Assembly: GCA_963749075.1 (NCBI GenBank)
Contig: CAVVLJ010000016.1
Span: forward strand, 544,001-608,000
Reading direction: 5' to 3'
Source of the DNA: an uncultured Pseudomonadota bacterium
GTDB lineage: Bacteria; Pseudomonadota; Alphaproteobacteria; JACZXZ01
DNA: 64,000 bases
This document shows positions 29,759 to 39,841 of the stretch, piece after piece. The position numbers and the translations under genes are program-made. The notes below the pieces were generated by a model that was not told the origin of the DNA, ran no database searches, and saw nothing but the letters and a program-made list of their open reading frames with translations. How positions within the stretch are numbered: the stretch's first letter is position 1; every line of letters begins with the position of its first letter.

Positions 29759-30955
29759 CTACTTCATCTTGCTCGCACCAACCTCCTCGTCCCATTTGTG
29801 GAAGGCGACGACGAGGTCGTTGCCGAAGAGCGGCGCCACGGTCGGGTACTTCTTGATGAGCGCGTCATATCCGGGCCGGCCGAACTCCTTGAGCGTCTCC
29901 TGGCTCTCCTTGGGCGCCATCGAGACGGGCACGCCCTTCATCGCGGGCCCGGGATAGAAATAGCCCGCGTCATAGGCGAAGGCCTGCTGCTGGGGCTTGA
30001 GCACGAAGGCGATGAGATCGAGGGCGACGGCGAGCTTGGCCCCGGTGACGCCCTTGGGGATCGCCATATACTGGGCGTCCGCCACCCAGCGGAAGCCCGC
30101 CGGGCCGGAGAGAATCGTCGTCTCCGCCGACTTCGGCACGGTGCCGAGGGCGCGCGGGTTGATGTCCCAGCCGATGGTCGAGGCGATGATGTCGCGCGAG
30201 CCCTCGCCGAGCTCCTTCATCGTCACCCCCGTGCCGCTGGGATAATACTCGATGCAGCTGTTGAGCTCTTTGAGATAGGCCCAGGTCTTGGCCCAGCCGT
30301 TGACCGGATCGCGCGGGTTGCTGTCGCCGAGCAGATAGGGCAGCCCCTGGAGGAAGGTGCGGCCGGGGCCCGAGTTGGCGGGACGCGCGTAGAAGAAGCG
30401 GTTGGGATGCGCCTTGCACCAGGCAAGCAGCGCCTCGGTCGTCTTGGGCACGTCCTTGACGCGCTCCGGCGCGTATTCGAGGAGCGGGCCCGAGGGCGTG
30501 TAGACGTTCTCGATGGCGTCGCCCTCGGTCGGCTTCTGCATGACGTCGGCGCCGGGGACGTAGTTCGCCATCAGGCCGGGAAACTTCGCCGCATAGTCGG
30601 GCAGTATCTTCGTCCACAGATGCTGCTCGATGCCGGCGGAGATGCCGTCGGTGCCGCTCAGCACCAGCTCGATGTCCATGCGGCCGGCGTCCTGCATCGC
30701 CTTGAGCTTGGCCGGCAGCTCGGGCGCCGGAGCCTGGGTAAAGGTGAACCGCGAGACGAGCTCGGGATGGGCCGTGCGATAGGCCTCGATCGCCTTCTGC
30801 ATGAGGGCGAGCTGGCCCGCCACGTCGATGATGTTGATGACCACCGGCGACTTGGGCAGCGCCGGCATCTCGGCCGCGTAAACCGGACGCGGTGCTCCGG
30901 CAAGGAGCGCCGTAGCGAACGCCGCGGCGACAAGACACTTCGCAAAGCTTCTCAT
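29759..30955 (-). CDS. ABC transporter solute-binding protein (PotD-like superfamily)
   Basis: Signal peptide; IIDVAGQL, YARPANSGPGRTFL, GWDINPRALG. Confidence 0.88.
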   Translation of the reverse strand: MRSFAKCLVAAAFATALLAGAPRPVYAAEMPALPKSPVVINIIDVAGQLALMQKAIEAYRTAHPELVSRFTFTQAPAPELPAKLKAMQDAGRMDIELVLSGTDGISAGIEQHLWTKILPDYAAKFPGLMANYVPGADVMQKPTEGDAIENVYTPSGPLLEYAPERVKDVPKTTEALLAWCKAHPNRFFYARPANSGPGRTFLQGLPYLLGDSNPRDPVNGWAKTWAYLKELNSCIEYYPSGTGVTMKELGEGSRDIIASTIGWDINPRALGTVPKSAETTILSGPAGFRWVADAQYMAIPKGVTGAKLAVALDLIAFVLKPQQQAFAYDAGYFYPGPAMKGVPVSMAPKESQETLKEFGRPGYDALIKKYPTVAPLFGNDLVVAFHKWDEEVGASKMK

Positions 30956-30988
30956 GGTTTCCTCCCTATGAACGCATGTGTCGGACGC

Positions 30989-31090
30989 ACCCCCCACCCC
31001 AACCCTCCCCCTCAAGGGGGGAGGGGGTTCTTTTAGTGAGACGCCTGACCTTTTCCCTCCCCCCTTGAGGGGGAGGGTAGGGTGGGGGGT
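30989..31090. repeat. Mosaic palindromic element CCCCACCCCAACCCTCCCCCTCAAGGGGGGAGGG with its inverted copy
   Basis: Two inverted arms; same family at 38741-38838. Confidence 0.85.
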
Positions 31091-31122
31091 ATGAAGGGCG
31101 TCACTCATTCTCGATCGGGCTC

Positions 31123-32568
31123 TCACAGTTTATAGGCCTTCTTGACGAGGCGGTAGGCGAGATCGACGGCGACCTCGCGTGCCTCGTCCTCGGCGAGCCG
31201 GTGGTCGGCCACGAGCCCGGCGAGATAGGAGCAATCGACGCGGCGGGCCACGTCGTGGCGCGCCGGGATCGAGAGGAAGGCGCGCGTGTCGTCGTTGAAG
31301 CCGACCGTGTTGTAGAAGCCGGCCGTCTCGGTCACCGCCTCGCGGTAGCGCCGCATGCCCTCCGGGCTGTCGTAGAACCACCAGGCGGGCCCGAGCCTGA
31401 GCGCGGGGTAGACGCCTGCAAGCGGCGCCAGCTCGCGCGAATAGGCCGATTCGTCCAGGGTGAAGAGGATGAGGGTGAGGCCGGGCGCGTCGCCGTATTT
31501 GTCGAGGAGGGGGCGGAGTGCGCGCACGTAATCGGTCGGCGTCGGAATGTCGAAGCCCTTGTCGCGGCCGAAGCGGCGGTGCACGGACGTGCTGTGATTG
31601 CGCAGCGAGCCCGGATGGAGCTGCATGACGAGCCCGTCCTCGATGCTCATGCGCGCCATCTCGGTGAGCATCTGGGCGCGGAAGAGCTCGGCGTCCGCGG
31701 GCGATGCCGGACCGCGCCGCACCTTGCGGTAAAGTGCCTCGGCCTCGGCGCGCGTGAGATCGGCGCTGCCCGCCGTGGGATGGCCGTGGTCGGTCGAGGT
31801 GGCGCCCATGGCGGCGAAATAGCGCCGGCGCTCCATGAGCGCCTCGAGATAGCCGTGCCAGCTCCCGGTATCGCGGCCGGTGATCTCGCCGAGCCGGTCC
31901 AGGTTCTCGGCAAAGCCGTCGAAGGCGGGGTCCACCACTGGATCGGGGCGATACGCGGTCAGCACGCGGCCGCGCCAGTTGCTCGCGCGCAGCGTCCGGT
32001 GATGATCGAGGGGGTCGAGCGGCGATTCCGTGGTCGCGATCACCTCGATGTTGAAGCGCTCGTAGAGCGCGCGCGGGCGGCATTCGGGCCGTGCCAGGCG
32101 CTCCGCGACCGCGTCGTAGACCGCATCGGCGGTCTCGCCCGAGAGCGCCACCTCGACGTCGAGCACCTCCGCGAGGGCGTGCTCGAACCACAGCCGCGAG
32201 GGGGTGGCGCGGAAGAGATGATAGTTCTCGGCGAAGAGCCGCCAGATCTTGCGCGGGTCCGCCTCGACGACGCTGCCGTCTTGCGCCGGCACGCCGAGGC
32301 GCTCGAGTGCGATGCCCTGGCTGTGCAGCATGCGGAAGATATAATGGTCCGGCACGATGAAGAGCGTCGCCGGATCGGGGAACGGCTCGTTCTCGGCGAA
32401 CCAGCGCGGATCGGTATGCCCATGCGGGCTCACGATCGGCAGGTCCTTGACCTCGCCGTAAAGCCGCCGTGCTATGGCGCGCACCGCGGGCTCGGGCGGA
32501 AAGAGCCGGTCCGGATGAAGCTGCAAGCCTGCCGCCGCAGCTGCGGCGCAACCCGATCGTGCCGTCAC
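31123..32568 (-). CDS. uxaC: Uronate (glucuronate) isomerase
   Basis: SPHGHTDP, PDHYIFRML, TDHGH, MQLHPGS, GPAWWFYDS, GFNDDTRAF. GTG start after GGAGGAGG. Confidence 0.95.
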   Translation of the reverse strand: MTARSGCAAAAAAGLQLHPDRLFPPEPAVRAIARRLYGEVKDLPIVSPHGHTDPRWFAENEPFPDPATLFIVPDHYIFRMLHSQGIALERLGVPAQDGSVVEADPRKIWRLFAENYHLFRATPSRLWFEHALAEVLDVEVALSGETADAVYDAVAERLARPECRPRALYERFNIEVIATTESPLDPLDHHRTLRASNWRGRVLTAYRPDPVVDPAFDGFAENLDRLGEITGRDTGSWHGYLEALMERRRYFAAMGATSTDHGHPTAGSADLTRAEAEALYRKVRRGPASPADAELFRAQMLTEMARMSIEDGLVMQLHPGSLRNHSTSVHRRFGRDKGFDIPTPTDYVRALRPLLDKYGDAPGLTLILFTLDESAYSRELAPLAGVYPALRLGPAWWFYDSPEGMRRYREAVTETAGFYNTVGFNDDTRAFLSIPARHDVARRVDCSYLAGLVADHRLAEDEAREVAVDLAYRLVKKAYKL

Positions 32569-32593
32569 GCCTCCTCCCAAACGCTTCTTGTTG

Positions 32594-32618
32594 ATTGGTC
32601 AAGTGGTAAGGCCAGTAC
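32594..32618. promoter_or_regulatory. Candidate FadR/GntR operator upstream of uxaC
   Basis: ATTGGTCAAGTGGTAAGGCCAGTAC contains TGGT-N4-CCA plus an extra TGGT half-site. Confidence 0.55.
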
Positions 32619-32694
32619 CTATCAGCAGATGCTGCGGCTGTCAAATGACGGCGGCATGGCCAAGGAGCCCCATCGCCGTGAGCCGGAGGGCATC

Positions 32695-32769
32695 TGCGCA
32701 ATTTGTGGGCAGATTCCCGGCCTTTGCCCAAATCGAAAGCTCGCGGATCTGGTGCCGGAAAATTAAGCA
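32695..32769 (+). promoter_or_regulatory. Candidate NtrC-type enhancer sites
   Basis: TGC-N11-GCA at 32695-32711 and 32753-32769, plus a weaker site between them, upstream of the sigma54 promoter. Confidence 0.6.
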
Positions 32770-32838
32770 GCTTCCGATTGTTTCGGATTCTTGAACGTCG
32801 GGAAAGATTTAGCGGCACGGCACGAGGCAAGCCGCGCT

Positions 32839-32853
32839 TGGCACGAGCTTTGC
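32839..32853 (+). promoter_or_regulatory. Sigma54 (-24/-12) promoter of the urt-ure operon
   Basis: TGGCACGAGCTTTGC matches TGGCACG-N4-TTGC. Confidence 0.85.
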
Positions 32854-32899
32854 GGTTCATGCTGCGATGCGCAAAACACCAATTGCCAAGGAGGCGTTC

Positions 32900-34210
32900 A
32901 TGCCCAGGCTTACCAGGGGACTATTGGCGCTGACGGCGGCGGGCACGCTTGCCGCCGGGGCGCTCTGCGGAGGTGCGGCCCGCGCCGCCGACGACACCAT
33001 AAAGATCGGCGTGCTGCATTCTTTGTCCGGCACCATGGCGATCAGCGAGTCGACGCTCAAGGACACCGTGCTCATGATGGTCGACAACCTCAACAAGTCG
33101 GGCGGCCTGCTCGGCAAGAAGGTCGAGGCCGTGGTGGTCGATCCCGCGTCGAACTGGCCGCTCTTCGCCGAGAAGGCGCGCGAGCTCCTGCAGAAGGACA
33201 AGGTCGCGGTCGTCTTCGGCTGCTGGACCTCGGTCTCGCGCAAGTCGGTGCTGCCGGTGTTCGAGGAGCTCAACGGCCTGCTCTTCTATCCCGTGCAGTA
33301 CGAGGGCGAGGAGAGCTCGAACAACGTGTTCTACACCGGCGCGGCGCCGAACCAGCAGGCGATTCCCGCGGTCGAGTACCTCATGAGCAAGGAAGGGGGT
33401 GACGTGAAGCGCTGGGTGCTCGAGGGCACCGACTACGTCTATCCGCGCACCACCAACAAGATTCTCGAGGCCTTCCTCAAGGCCAAGGGTGTCGCACCCG
33501 CGGACATCAAGATCAACTACACGCCGTTCGGCTATTCCGACTGGCAGACCGAGGTCGCGGCGATCAAGCAGTTCGCCTCCGCCGGCAAGAAGACCGCCGT
33601 GGTCTCGACCATCAACGGCGACGCCAACGTGCCCTTCTACAAGGAGCTCGCCAACGAGGGCATCAAGGCAAGCGACATCCCCGTCGTCGCCTTCTCGGTC
33701 GGCGAGGAGGAGCTCGCCGGCATCGACACCAGGAACCTGGTGGGCCACCTCGCGGCGTGGAACTACTTCGAATCGGTGAAGAACCCGGTGAACGAGGCCT
33801 TCATCAAGGAGTGGCATGCCTACATCAAGAACGACAAGCGGGTCACCAACGATCCGATGGAGGCGACCTACATCGGCTTCAAGATGTGGACCCACGCCGT
33901 CCGCCAGGCCGGCACCACCGACGTGGATGCGGTGCGCCAGGCCATGTACGGCCAGAAGGTGCAGGCGCCAAGCGGCTTCGTCGCGGTGATGAACACCAAT
34001 CATCACCTCTCCAAGCCGGTGATGATCGGAGAGATCCAGGCCAACGGCCAGTTCGACGTCGTCTGGCAGACCAAGAAGGTGATCAAGGCCGATGCCTGGA
34101 GCCCCTATCTGGCGGAGGACAAGGGCAAGATCGCCGACTGGACCTATCCGTGGGTCTGCGGCAACTGCACGTCGCCCAAGTACAAGGACGGGGTCGTCAC
34201 CACCAACTGA
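32900..34210 (+). CDS. urtA: Urea ABC transporter substrate-binding protein
   Basis: GVLHSLSGTMAISE, DPASNWPLFAEKA, GCWTSVSRK, YPVQYEG. Confidence 0.95.
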   Translation: MPRLTRGLLALTAAGTLAAGALCGGAARAADDTIKIGVLHSLSGTMAISESTLKDTVLMMVDNLNKSGGLLGKKVEAVVVDPASNWPLFAEKARELLQKDKVAVVFGCWTSVSRKSVLPVFEELNGLLFYPVQYEGEESSNNVFYTGAAPNQQAIPAVEYLMSKEGGDVKRWVLEGTDYVYPRTTNKILEAFLKAKGVAPADIKINYTPFGYSDWQTEVAAIKQFASAGKKTAVVSTINGDANVPFYKELANEGIKASDIPVVAFSVGEEELAGIDTRNLVGHLAAWNYFESVKNPVNEAFIKEWHAYIKNDKRVTNDPMEATYIGFKMWTHAVRQAGTTDVDAVRQAMYGQKVQAPSGFVAVMNTNHHLSKPVMIGEIQANGQFDVVWQTKKVIKADAWSPYLAEDKGKIADWTYPWVCGNCTSPKYKDGVVTTN

Positions 34211-34375
34211 GGACCCTTGCCGACGCGCGGGCCCGTCCCGGTGGGGGGCGGGCGGGTCCATCCGGATGCAGGCTCTCGGAAGCGCGCTTCCCCCCACCAA
34301 TTTCGCACGGCCTCGCTTGAGGGCGACGAGAGAGATCAGGTCCGCAATTGCCTTCGTGTCCGGCGTGAGAGATCA

Positions 34376-36064
34376 GTGATCCGCCATCGTCCCTCCCGGT
34401 CCCGCCCCGCGCGCAGGCTGCGCCGCCCGGCGCTCGCGTTCCTCGTCCTCGTCCTTGTCGCGGGATTTTTCGCGGCGCTGGCGCCGCCGCCGGCGGCGGC
34501 GGCGGCGGCGGCGGCCGACGAGTTGGCCGGCCTCGTGGCCAAGCTCGGCTCCGACGACTTCTCGGACAAGGAGCAGGCGGTGGCGGCGCTGGGCGCGCTC
34601 GGCGATCCGCGCGCGGTCGCAGCGCTCCAGGCGCTCTCGCAAGGGTTGCTCGCGGTGGTCGAGGCCGACAAGCGCGTCGTCATCGCCGAACCCGAGGGCG
34701 ACCGCTTCAAGCTCAGCGATGCGGCGAGCGGTGCCGCGTTGGGCACGGCGTCGAGCGACGCGATCGATCGCGTGCTCGTCAACAACCGACTGCGCGGCCT
34801 CATCGATGCGGCACTCTCCGGGCTGCAGATTTTCAGCAGCGACCCGCAGAAGCGCCTCGCGGCCGCGCACGACGCCGGCAAGACGGCGACGCCGAAAATG
34901 GCGGCCATGCTCGAGAAGGCGCTCGCCGCCGAGACGGCGCCCGAGGTCAAGGCGGCGCTGGCGGCGAGCCTCAACCAGGTCATGATCCAGACCGGCACGC
35001 CCGCCGAGCGCATGGCGGCCATCGCGAAGATCGCGGACTCGCTCGATCCCGACGTGCGCAGCACGCTGCTCGAGATCGCCAATGCTCCCGGCACGTCGCC
35101 CGAGGTGAAGGCCGCCGCCACCAAGGCCGCCGCGGCGATCGAGCGCAAGCTCAAGTTCGTCGAGCTCGGCGGCAACCTGGTGCAGGGGATCAGCCTCGGT
35201 TCCGTCCTGCTGCTCGCCGCCATCGGGCTCGCCATCACCTTCGGCCTCATGGGCGTCATCAACATGGCCCATGGCGAGATGATCATGCTCGGTGCCTACA
35301 GCGCCTATGTGGTGCAGCAGGCCTTCCGCGCCTACCTGCCGCCTTCCGTCTTCGATTACTATCTCCTCGTCTCCGTGCCCGTCGCCTTCCTCGCCGCGGG
35401 TGCCGTCGGCGTGGCGCTCGAGCGCGGCGTCATCCGCTTCCTCTACGGCCGGCCGCTCGAGACCATGCTGGCGACCTGGGGCATCAGCCTCGTCCTGCAG
35501 CAGCTCGTGCGCTCGATCTTCGGCGCGCCCAACAAGGCGGTGTCGAACCCCTCCTGGATGACCGGCGGCTTCGAGCTCATCGGCGGCCTCACGGTGACCT
35601 GGAACCGCATCTACATCGTGATCTTCTGCTTCCTCATCCTGGCTCTTCTCTCGCTCATGCTGGGGCGCACCTCATACGGCCTCAACGTCCGCGCGGTGAC
35701 GCAGAACCGCGACATGGCCTCGGTCATGGGCATCCCCGTAGGCCGCGTCGACGCGCTCACCTTCGGCCTCGGCTCGGGCATCGCGGGCATGGCGGGCGTG
35801 GCGCTGAGCCAGATCGGCAACGTGAGCCCGAACCTCGGCTCCCTCTATATCGTCGACAGCTTCCTCGTCGTCGTGTTCGGCGGGGTGGGCAGCCTGATGG
35901 GCACCCTCGTCGGCGCCATGGGCCTCGGCATCGCCAACAAGTTCCTCGAGCCCTTCGCCGGCGCCATCCTCGGCAAGGTCATCATCCTCGTCGCCATCAT
36001 CCTCTTCATCCAAAAGCGGCCGCGCGGGCTCTTCGCGCTCAAGGGCCGCGCCGCGGAGAGCTGA
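34376..36064 (+). CDS. urtB: Urea ABC transporter permease UrtB (start approximate)
   Basis: HEAT-like periplasmic N-terminus; GVINMAHGE, LYGRPLET, QKRPRGLF. Confidence 0.92.
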   Translation: MIRHRPSRSRPARRLRRPALAFLVLVLVAGFFAALAPPPAAAAAAAADELAGLVAKLGSDDFSDKEQAVAALGALGDPRAVAALQALSQGLLAVVEADKRVVIAEPEGDRFKLSDAASGAALGTASSDAIDRVLVNNRLRGLIDAALSGLQIFSSDPQKRLAAAHDAGKTATPKMAAMLEKALAAETAPEVKAALAASLNQVMIQTGTPAERMAAIAKIADSLDPDVRSTLLEIANAPGTSPEVKAAATKAAAAIERKLKFVELGGNLVQGISLGSVLLLAAIGLAITFGLMGVINMAHGEMIMLGAYSAYVVQQAFRAYLPPSVFDYYLLVSVPVAFLAAGAVGVALERGVIRFLYGRPLETMLATWGISLVLQQLVRSIFGAPNKAVSNPSWMTGGFELIGGLTVTWNRIYIVIFCFLILALLSLMLGRTSYGLNVRAVTQNRDMASVMGIPVGRVDALTFGLGSGIAGMAGVALSQIGNVSPNLGSLYIVDSFLVVVFGGVGSLMGTLVGAMGLGIANKFLEPFAGAILGKVIILVAIILFIQKRPRGLFALKGRAAES

Positions 36065-36067
36065 GCC

Positions 36068-37210
36068 GTGGGCTACGCCTCGACCCGCTTCGTCTCGCTG
36101 CTCGACCGCCGCGGCTGGGCCGCCTTCCTCGGCCTCGGCTTCGTGCTCATCGTGATCATCCCGCTGCTCAATTCTTCGGTGCCCGCCGGCTCAGCGTTCC
36201 ACGTGGGCGACTACCTCGTCCCGCTCTTCGGCAAGTATCTCTGCTACGCCATCCTGGCCCTCGCCATGGACCTGGTGTGGGGCTACGCGGGCATCCTGAG
36301 CCTCGGCCACGGCGCCTTCTTCGCGCTCGGCGGCTATGCCTTCGGCATGTACCTGATGCGCTCGATCGGCACGCGCGGCGTCTACGCCAACCCGCTCCTG
36401 CCGGACTTCATGGTGTTCCTCAATTGGAAGGAGCTGCCCTGGTACTGGTACGGCTTCGACCATTTCTGGTTCGCGGTGGCCATGACCTTCGTGGTGCCGG
36501 GCCTCTTGGCACTCGCGCTCGGCTGGTTCGCCTTCCGTTCGCGCGTCACCGGCGTCTACCTCTCGATCATCACCCAGGCCATGACGTTTGCGCTTCAGCT
36601 CGCCTTCTTCCGCAACGACATGGGCTTCGGCGGCAACAACGGCCTCACCGACTTCAAGACGCTGCTCGGCTACGACGTGCACGAGCCCGCGACGCGCATC
36701 GGGCTCTACCTCGCGTCGGCCATTGCGCTCGGCATCACTTTCCTCCTCTCCCGCTTCATCGTGACCTCGAAGCTGGGCCGCGTGCTGCTCGCCATCCGCG
36801 ACGCCGAGCCGCGCGTGCGCTTCCTCGGCTACTCGGTGACCAACGCCAAGCTCTTCGTCTTCACCGTCTCGGCGATGATCTCCGGCCTCGCGGGTGCGCT
36901 CTACGTGCCGCAGGTCGGCATCATCAACCCCAGCGAGTTCGCGCCCGCGGGCTCGATCGAGATCGCCATCTGGGTCGCGGTCGGAGGCCGCGGCACGCTC
37001 GCGGGTGCCGCCCTCGGTGCCGTGGTGGTCAACCTCGCCAAGACCTATTTCACCGACGCGGCGCCCGAGATATGGCTTTTCTTCCTGGGTGCCCTTTTCA
37101 TCGTGGTGACGCTGTTCTTCCCGCGCGGCATCGCCGGCCTCGCCCGGCAGTGGCGCAGCTGGTGGGACGGGCGGCGCGTGCTCCTCGCCGCGCGCGGCGG
37201 CGATGACTGA
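36068..37210 (+). CDS. urtC: Urea ABC transporter permease UrtC
   Basis: WGYAGILSLGHG, LPDFMVFL, GGNNGLTDF, VAVGGRGTL. Confidence 0.94.
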   Translation: MGYASTRFVSLLDRRGWAAFLGLGFVLIVIIPLLNSSVPAGSAFHVGDYLVPLFGKYLCYAILALAMDLVWGYAGILSLGHGAFFALGGYAFGMYLMRSIGTRGVYANPLLPDFMVFLNWKELPWYWYGFDHFWFAVAMTFVVPGLLALALGWFAFRSRVTGVYLSIITQAMTFALQLAFFRNDMGFGGNNGLTDFKTLLGYDVHEPATRIGLYLASAIALGITFLLSRFIVTSKLGRVLLAIRDAEPRVRFLGYSVTNAKLFVFTVSAMISGLAGALYVPQVGIINPSEFAPAGSIEIAIWVAVGGRGTLAGAALGAVVVNLAKTYFTDAAPEIWLFFLGALFIVVTLFFPRGIAGLARQWRSWWDGRRVLLAARGGDD

Positions 37211-38015
37211 GGCGCTCGTTCTCATGCCATCCGAGGCCAGCGGAAGCGTTGCCCGTACGCTCGCCCCCAAGCCGGCGGCGGATACCCATCTCTATCTCGA
37301 CGGCGTCACCGTGAGCTTCGACGGCTTCAAGGCGCTCAACGAGCTCTCCCTCGTCATCAACAAGGGCGAGCTCAGGACCATCATCGGCCCCAACGGCGCC
37401 GGCAAGACGACCATGATGGACGTGGTCACCGGCAAGACGCGCCCCGACAAGGGCGAGGTGTTCTTCGGCGGAAACGTCGACTTGACCAAGCTCGACGAGA
37501 GCGCCATCGCCAATCTCGGCATCGGGCGCAAGTTCCAGAAGCCGACGGTGTTCGAGAACCTGACGGTGTTCGAGAACCTCGAGTTGGCGCTCAGGACCTC
37601 GCGCGGCGTCTGGCGCACGCTCGCCTACCGCATGACCGGCGGCCACCGCCGGCGCATCGAGGAGGCGCTCGTCACCATCGGCCTCACGGAACGGGTGGGG
37701 GCCATCGCCGGCACGCTCAGCCATGGCCAGAAGCAGTGGCTCGAGATCGGCATGCTGCTGATCCAGGACGCCCAGCTCCTGCTGCTCGACGAGCCCGTGG
37801 CGGGCATGACCGATCACGAGACCGAGACCACGGCCGAGCTCCTGCTCTCGATCGCGGGCGCCCGCACCATCGTGGTCGTCGAGCACGACATGGAGTTCGT
37901 GCGCCGCCTCGGCGCCCGCATCACCGTGCTGCACGAGGGCTCGGTGCTTGCCGAGGGCGCCGTCGAGCACGTGCAGAACGATCCCCGCGTCATCGAAGTC
38001 TATCTGGGGCGCTGA
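37203..38015 (+). CDS. urtD: Urea ABC transporter ATPase UrtD
   Basis: SFDGFKAL, GPNGAGKT, GRKFQKP, LSHGQKQWLEIGM. Confidence 0.95.
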   Translation: MTEALVLMPSEASGSVARTLAPKPAADTHLYLDGVTVSFDGFKALNELSLVINKGELRTIIGPNGAGKTTMMDVVTGKTRPDKGEVFFGGNVDLTKLDESAIANLGIGRKFQKPTVFENLTVFENLELALRTSRGVWRTLAYRMTGGHRRRIEEALVTIGLTERVGAIAGTLSHGQKQWLEIGMLLIQDAQLLLLDEPVAGMTDHETETTAELLLSIAGARTIVVVEHDMEFVRRLGARITVLHEGSVLAEGAVEHVQNDPRVIEVYLGR

Positions 38016-38018
38016 GCC

Positions 38019-38714
38019 ATGCTGTCCGTCGCCGGCGTCAACCTCTATTACGGTGCGAGCCACGCGCTGCGCGACGTGAGCATCGAGGCCGAGACGGGCA
38101 AGATCACCTGCCTTCTCGGCCGCAACGGCGTCGGCAAGACGAGCCTCTTGCGCGCCATCTTCGGCCTCAACGGAATCGCGAGCGGCACCATCAAATGGGA
38201 CGGGCGCGACCTCGGCCGGCTCAGACCTTACGAGCGCGCGCGGCTCGGCATGGCCCTCGTCCCCCAGGGCCGCGAGATCTTCCCGCGCCTCACCGTGCTC
38301 GAGAATCTGCGCACCGGCTTCGCGGCAATTCCGACGGCACTCCGCCGCATCCCCGATGAGATCTTCGAGCTCTTCCCCGTGCTCAAGGACATGAGCGCGC
38401 GGCGCGGCGGCGATCTCTCCGGCGGCCAGCAGCAGCAGCTCGCCATCGGCCGCGCCCTCGTCATGCGCCCGCGCCTGCTCATCCTCGACGAGCCGACCGA
38501 GGGCATCCAGCCCTCCATCATCAAGGACATCGAGCGCGTCATCCGCAGGCTCGGCGAGCGCGGCGACATGGCGATCCTCCTCGTCGAGCAGTATTTCGAG
38601 TTCGCCCGCCAGCTCGCGGACCGCTTTGCCGTCATGCAGCGCGGCGAGGTCGTGCTCGCCGGCAACGCCGGGGATATGGTGGAAGCCGAGGTCCGGCGCT
38701 TTCTTACCGTGTAG
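38019..38714 (+). CDS. urtE: Urea ABC transporter ATPase UrtE
   Basis: GRNGVGKT, VPQGREIF, LSGGQQQQL, DEPTEGIQPSII. Confidence 0.95.
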   Translation: MLSVAGVNLYYGASHALRDVSIEAETGKITCLLGRNGVGKTSLLRAIFGLNGIASGTIKWDGRDLGRLRPYERARLGMALVPQGREIFPRLTVLENLRTGFAAIPTALRRIPDEIFELFPVLKDMSARRGGDLSGGQQQQLAIGRALVMRPRLLILDEPTEGIQPSIIKDIERVIRRLGERGDMAILLVEQYFEFARQLADRFAVMQRGEVVLAGNAGDMVEAEVRRFLTV

Positions 38715-38740
38715 TGCCCGCCATCGTTGAAGCGCGCGTC

Positions 38741-38838
38741 ACCCCCTCCCTACCCTCCCCCTCAAGGGGGGAGGGGAAATGTCGGAGCTGCCGCCGAGAG
38801 CTCCCTCCCCCCTTGAGGGGAGGGTTGGGGTGGGGGGT
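38741..38838. repeat. Mosaic palindromic element, same family as 30989-31090
   Basis: CCCTCCCCCTCAAGGGGGGAGGG with its inverted copy. Confidence 0.85.
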
Positions 38839-38940
38839 GTGCCGATTCCAAGCAGCTTGAGCGAATGGACCCGTGTGGTGTCGCGCGCGCCCGCCAATCG
38901 CCCTTTGGACAGCCGCGGCCGGAGGCGGCATACTGCGGCC

Positions 38941-39816
38941 GTGCGCGACCAGGTTCAACTCGTCCCGGTAGCGGCGCCGACCGAGCGCCGGCTCGAGCGC
39001 TGCAATGGTGCCGCGGAGCTCAGCTTCGCAGCCATGGCTGCGGGGGCGAAATCCTATGTCCGGCATCTCTATCAGCGCACCCCGTGCCGCGCGCTCTTCC
39101 CGCGCGGCGAGAAGGACGATCTCCTGACGGCCGTGCTGCTCACGACATCGGGCGGCCTTACCGGCGGCGACGAAGTATCGCTCGCGGTCGAGGCGCTGGC
39201 CGCTGCCCGCGCCACGGTCACCACCCAGGCCGCCGAGAAGATCTACCGCGCCCTCGAGGGCGAGGTGCGCATCGATGTCAGGCTTGCGGCCGGCGCCAGC
39301 ACCTGGCTCGAATGGCTGCCGCAGGAGACGATCCTCTTCGACGGCGCCCGGCTCGCCCGCCGCATCGAGCTCACGGTGGCGCCGGGCGGCCGCCTGCTCG
39401 CCGGCGAGATGCTCGTCTTCGGCCGCACGGCGCGCGGCGAGCGCTTCCGGCGCGGCCGGCTCCACGACGGCTGGCGCGTGCGCTACGGCGCGCGGCTCGC
39501 CTGGGCCGACGGGCTGCACCTTGGCGGCAATGTAGCCGAGCTCATCGACCATCCAGCCGGCTTCGACGGCGCGGTGGCGGCGGCCACCTTGGTCTATGCC
39601 GGTGACGACGCCGGGTCCTGGCTCGAGGCGGCGCGCGACGCCCTTGCTGAGGCCGGCACCCGCGCCGCGGCGACGGTGGTGAACGGCGTGCTGCTGGCAA
39701 GGATCATCGGCCGCGACGCCCAGACGGTGCGCGAGGATTTCCGCCACCTCGCGGTCTCGCTGCGCGCTGCGATCGCAGGCCTGCCGGCACGCATGCCGAG
39801 CGTGTGGGCGAGCTAG
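38941..39816 (+). CDS. ureD: Urease accessory protein UreD (start approximate)
   Basis: [37 protein letters not shown]. Confidence 0.92.
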   Translation: MRDQVQLVPVAAPTERRLERCNGAAELSFAAMAAGAKSYVRHLYQRTPCRALFPRGEKDDLLTAVLLTTSGGLTGGDEVSLAVEALAAARATVTTQAAEKIYRALEGEVRIDVRLAAGASTWLEWLPQETILFDGARLARRIELTVAPGGRLLAGEMLVFGRTARGERFRRGRLHDGWRVRYGARLAWADGLHLGGNVAELIDHPAGFDGAVAAATLVYAGDDAGSWLEAARDALAEAGTRAAATVVNGVLLARIIGRDAQTVREDFRHLAVSLRAAIAGLPARMPSVWAS

Positions 39817-39841
39817 GCAAGAAACCTCGGGGGAGGGGACG

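Noticed and set aside
38779-38940. Long N-terminal extensions on UreD (and on the SBP at 30956-31126)
   Set aside because: They are translated from intergenic palindromic repeats; better-supported starts lie downstream.
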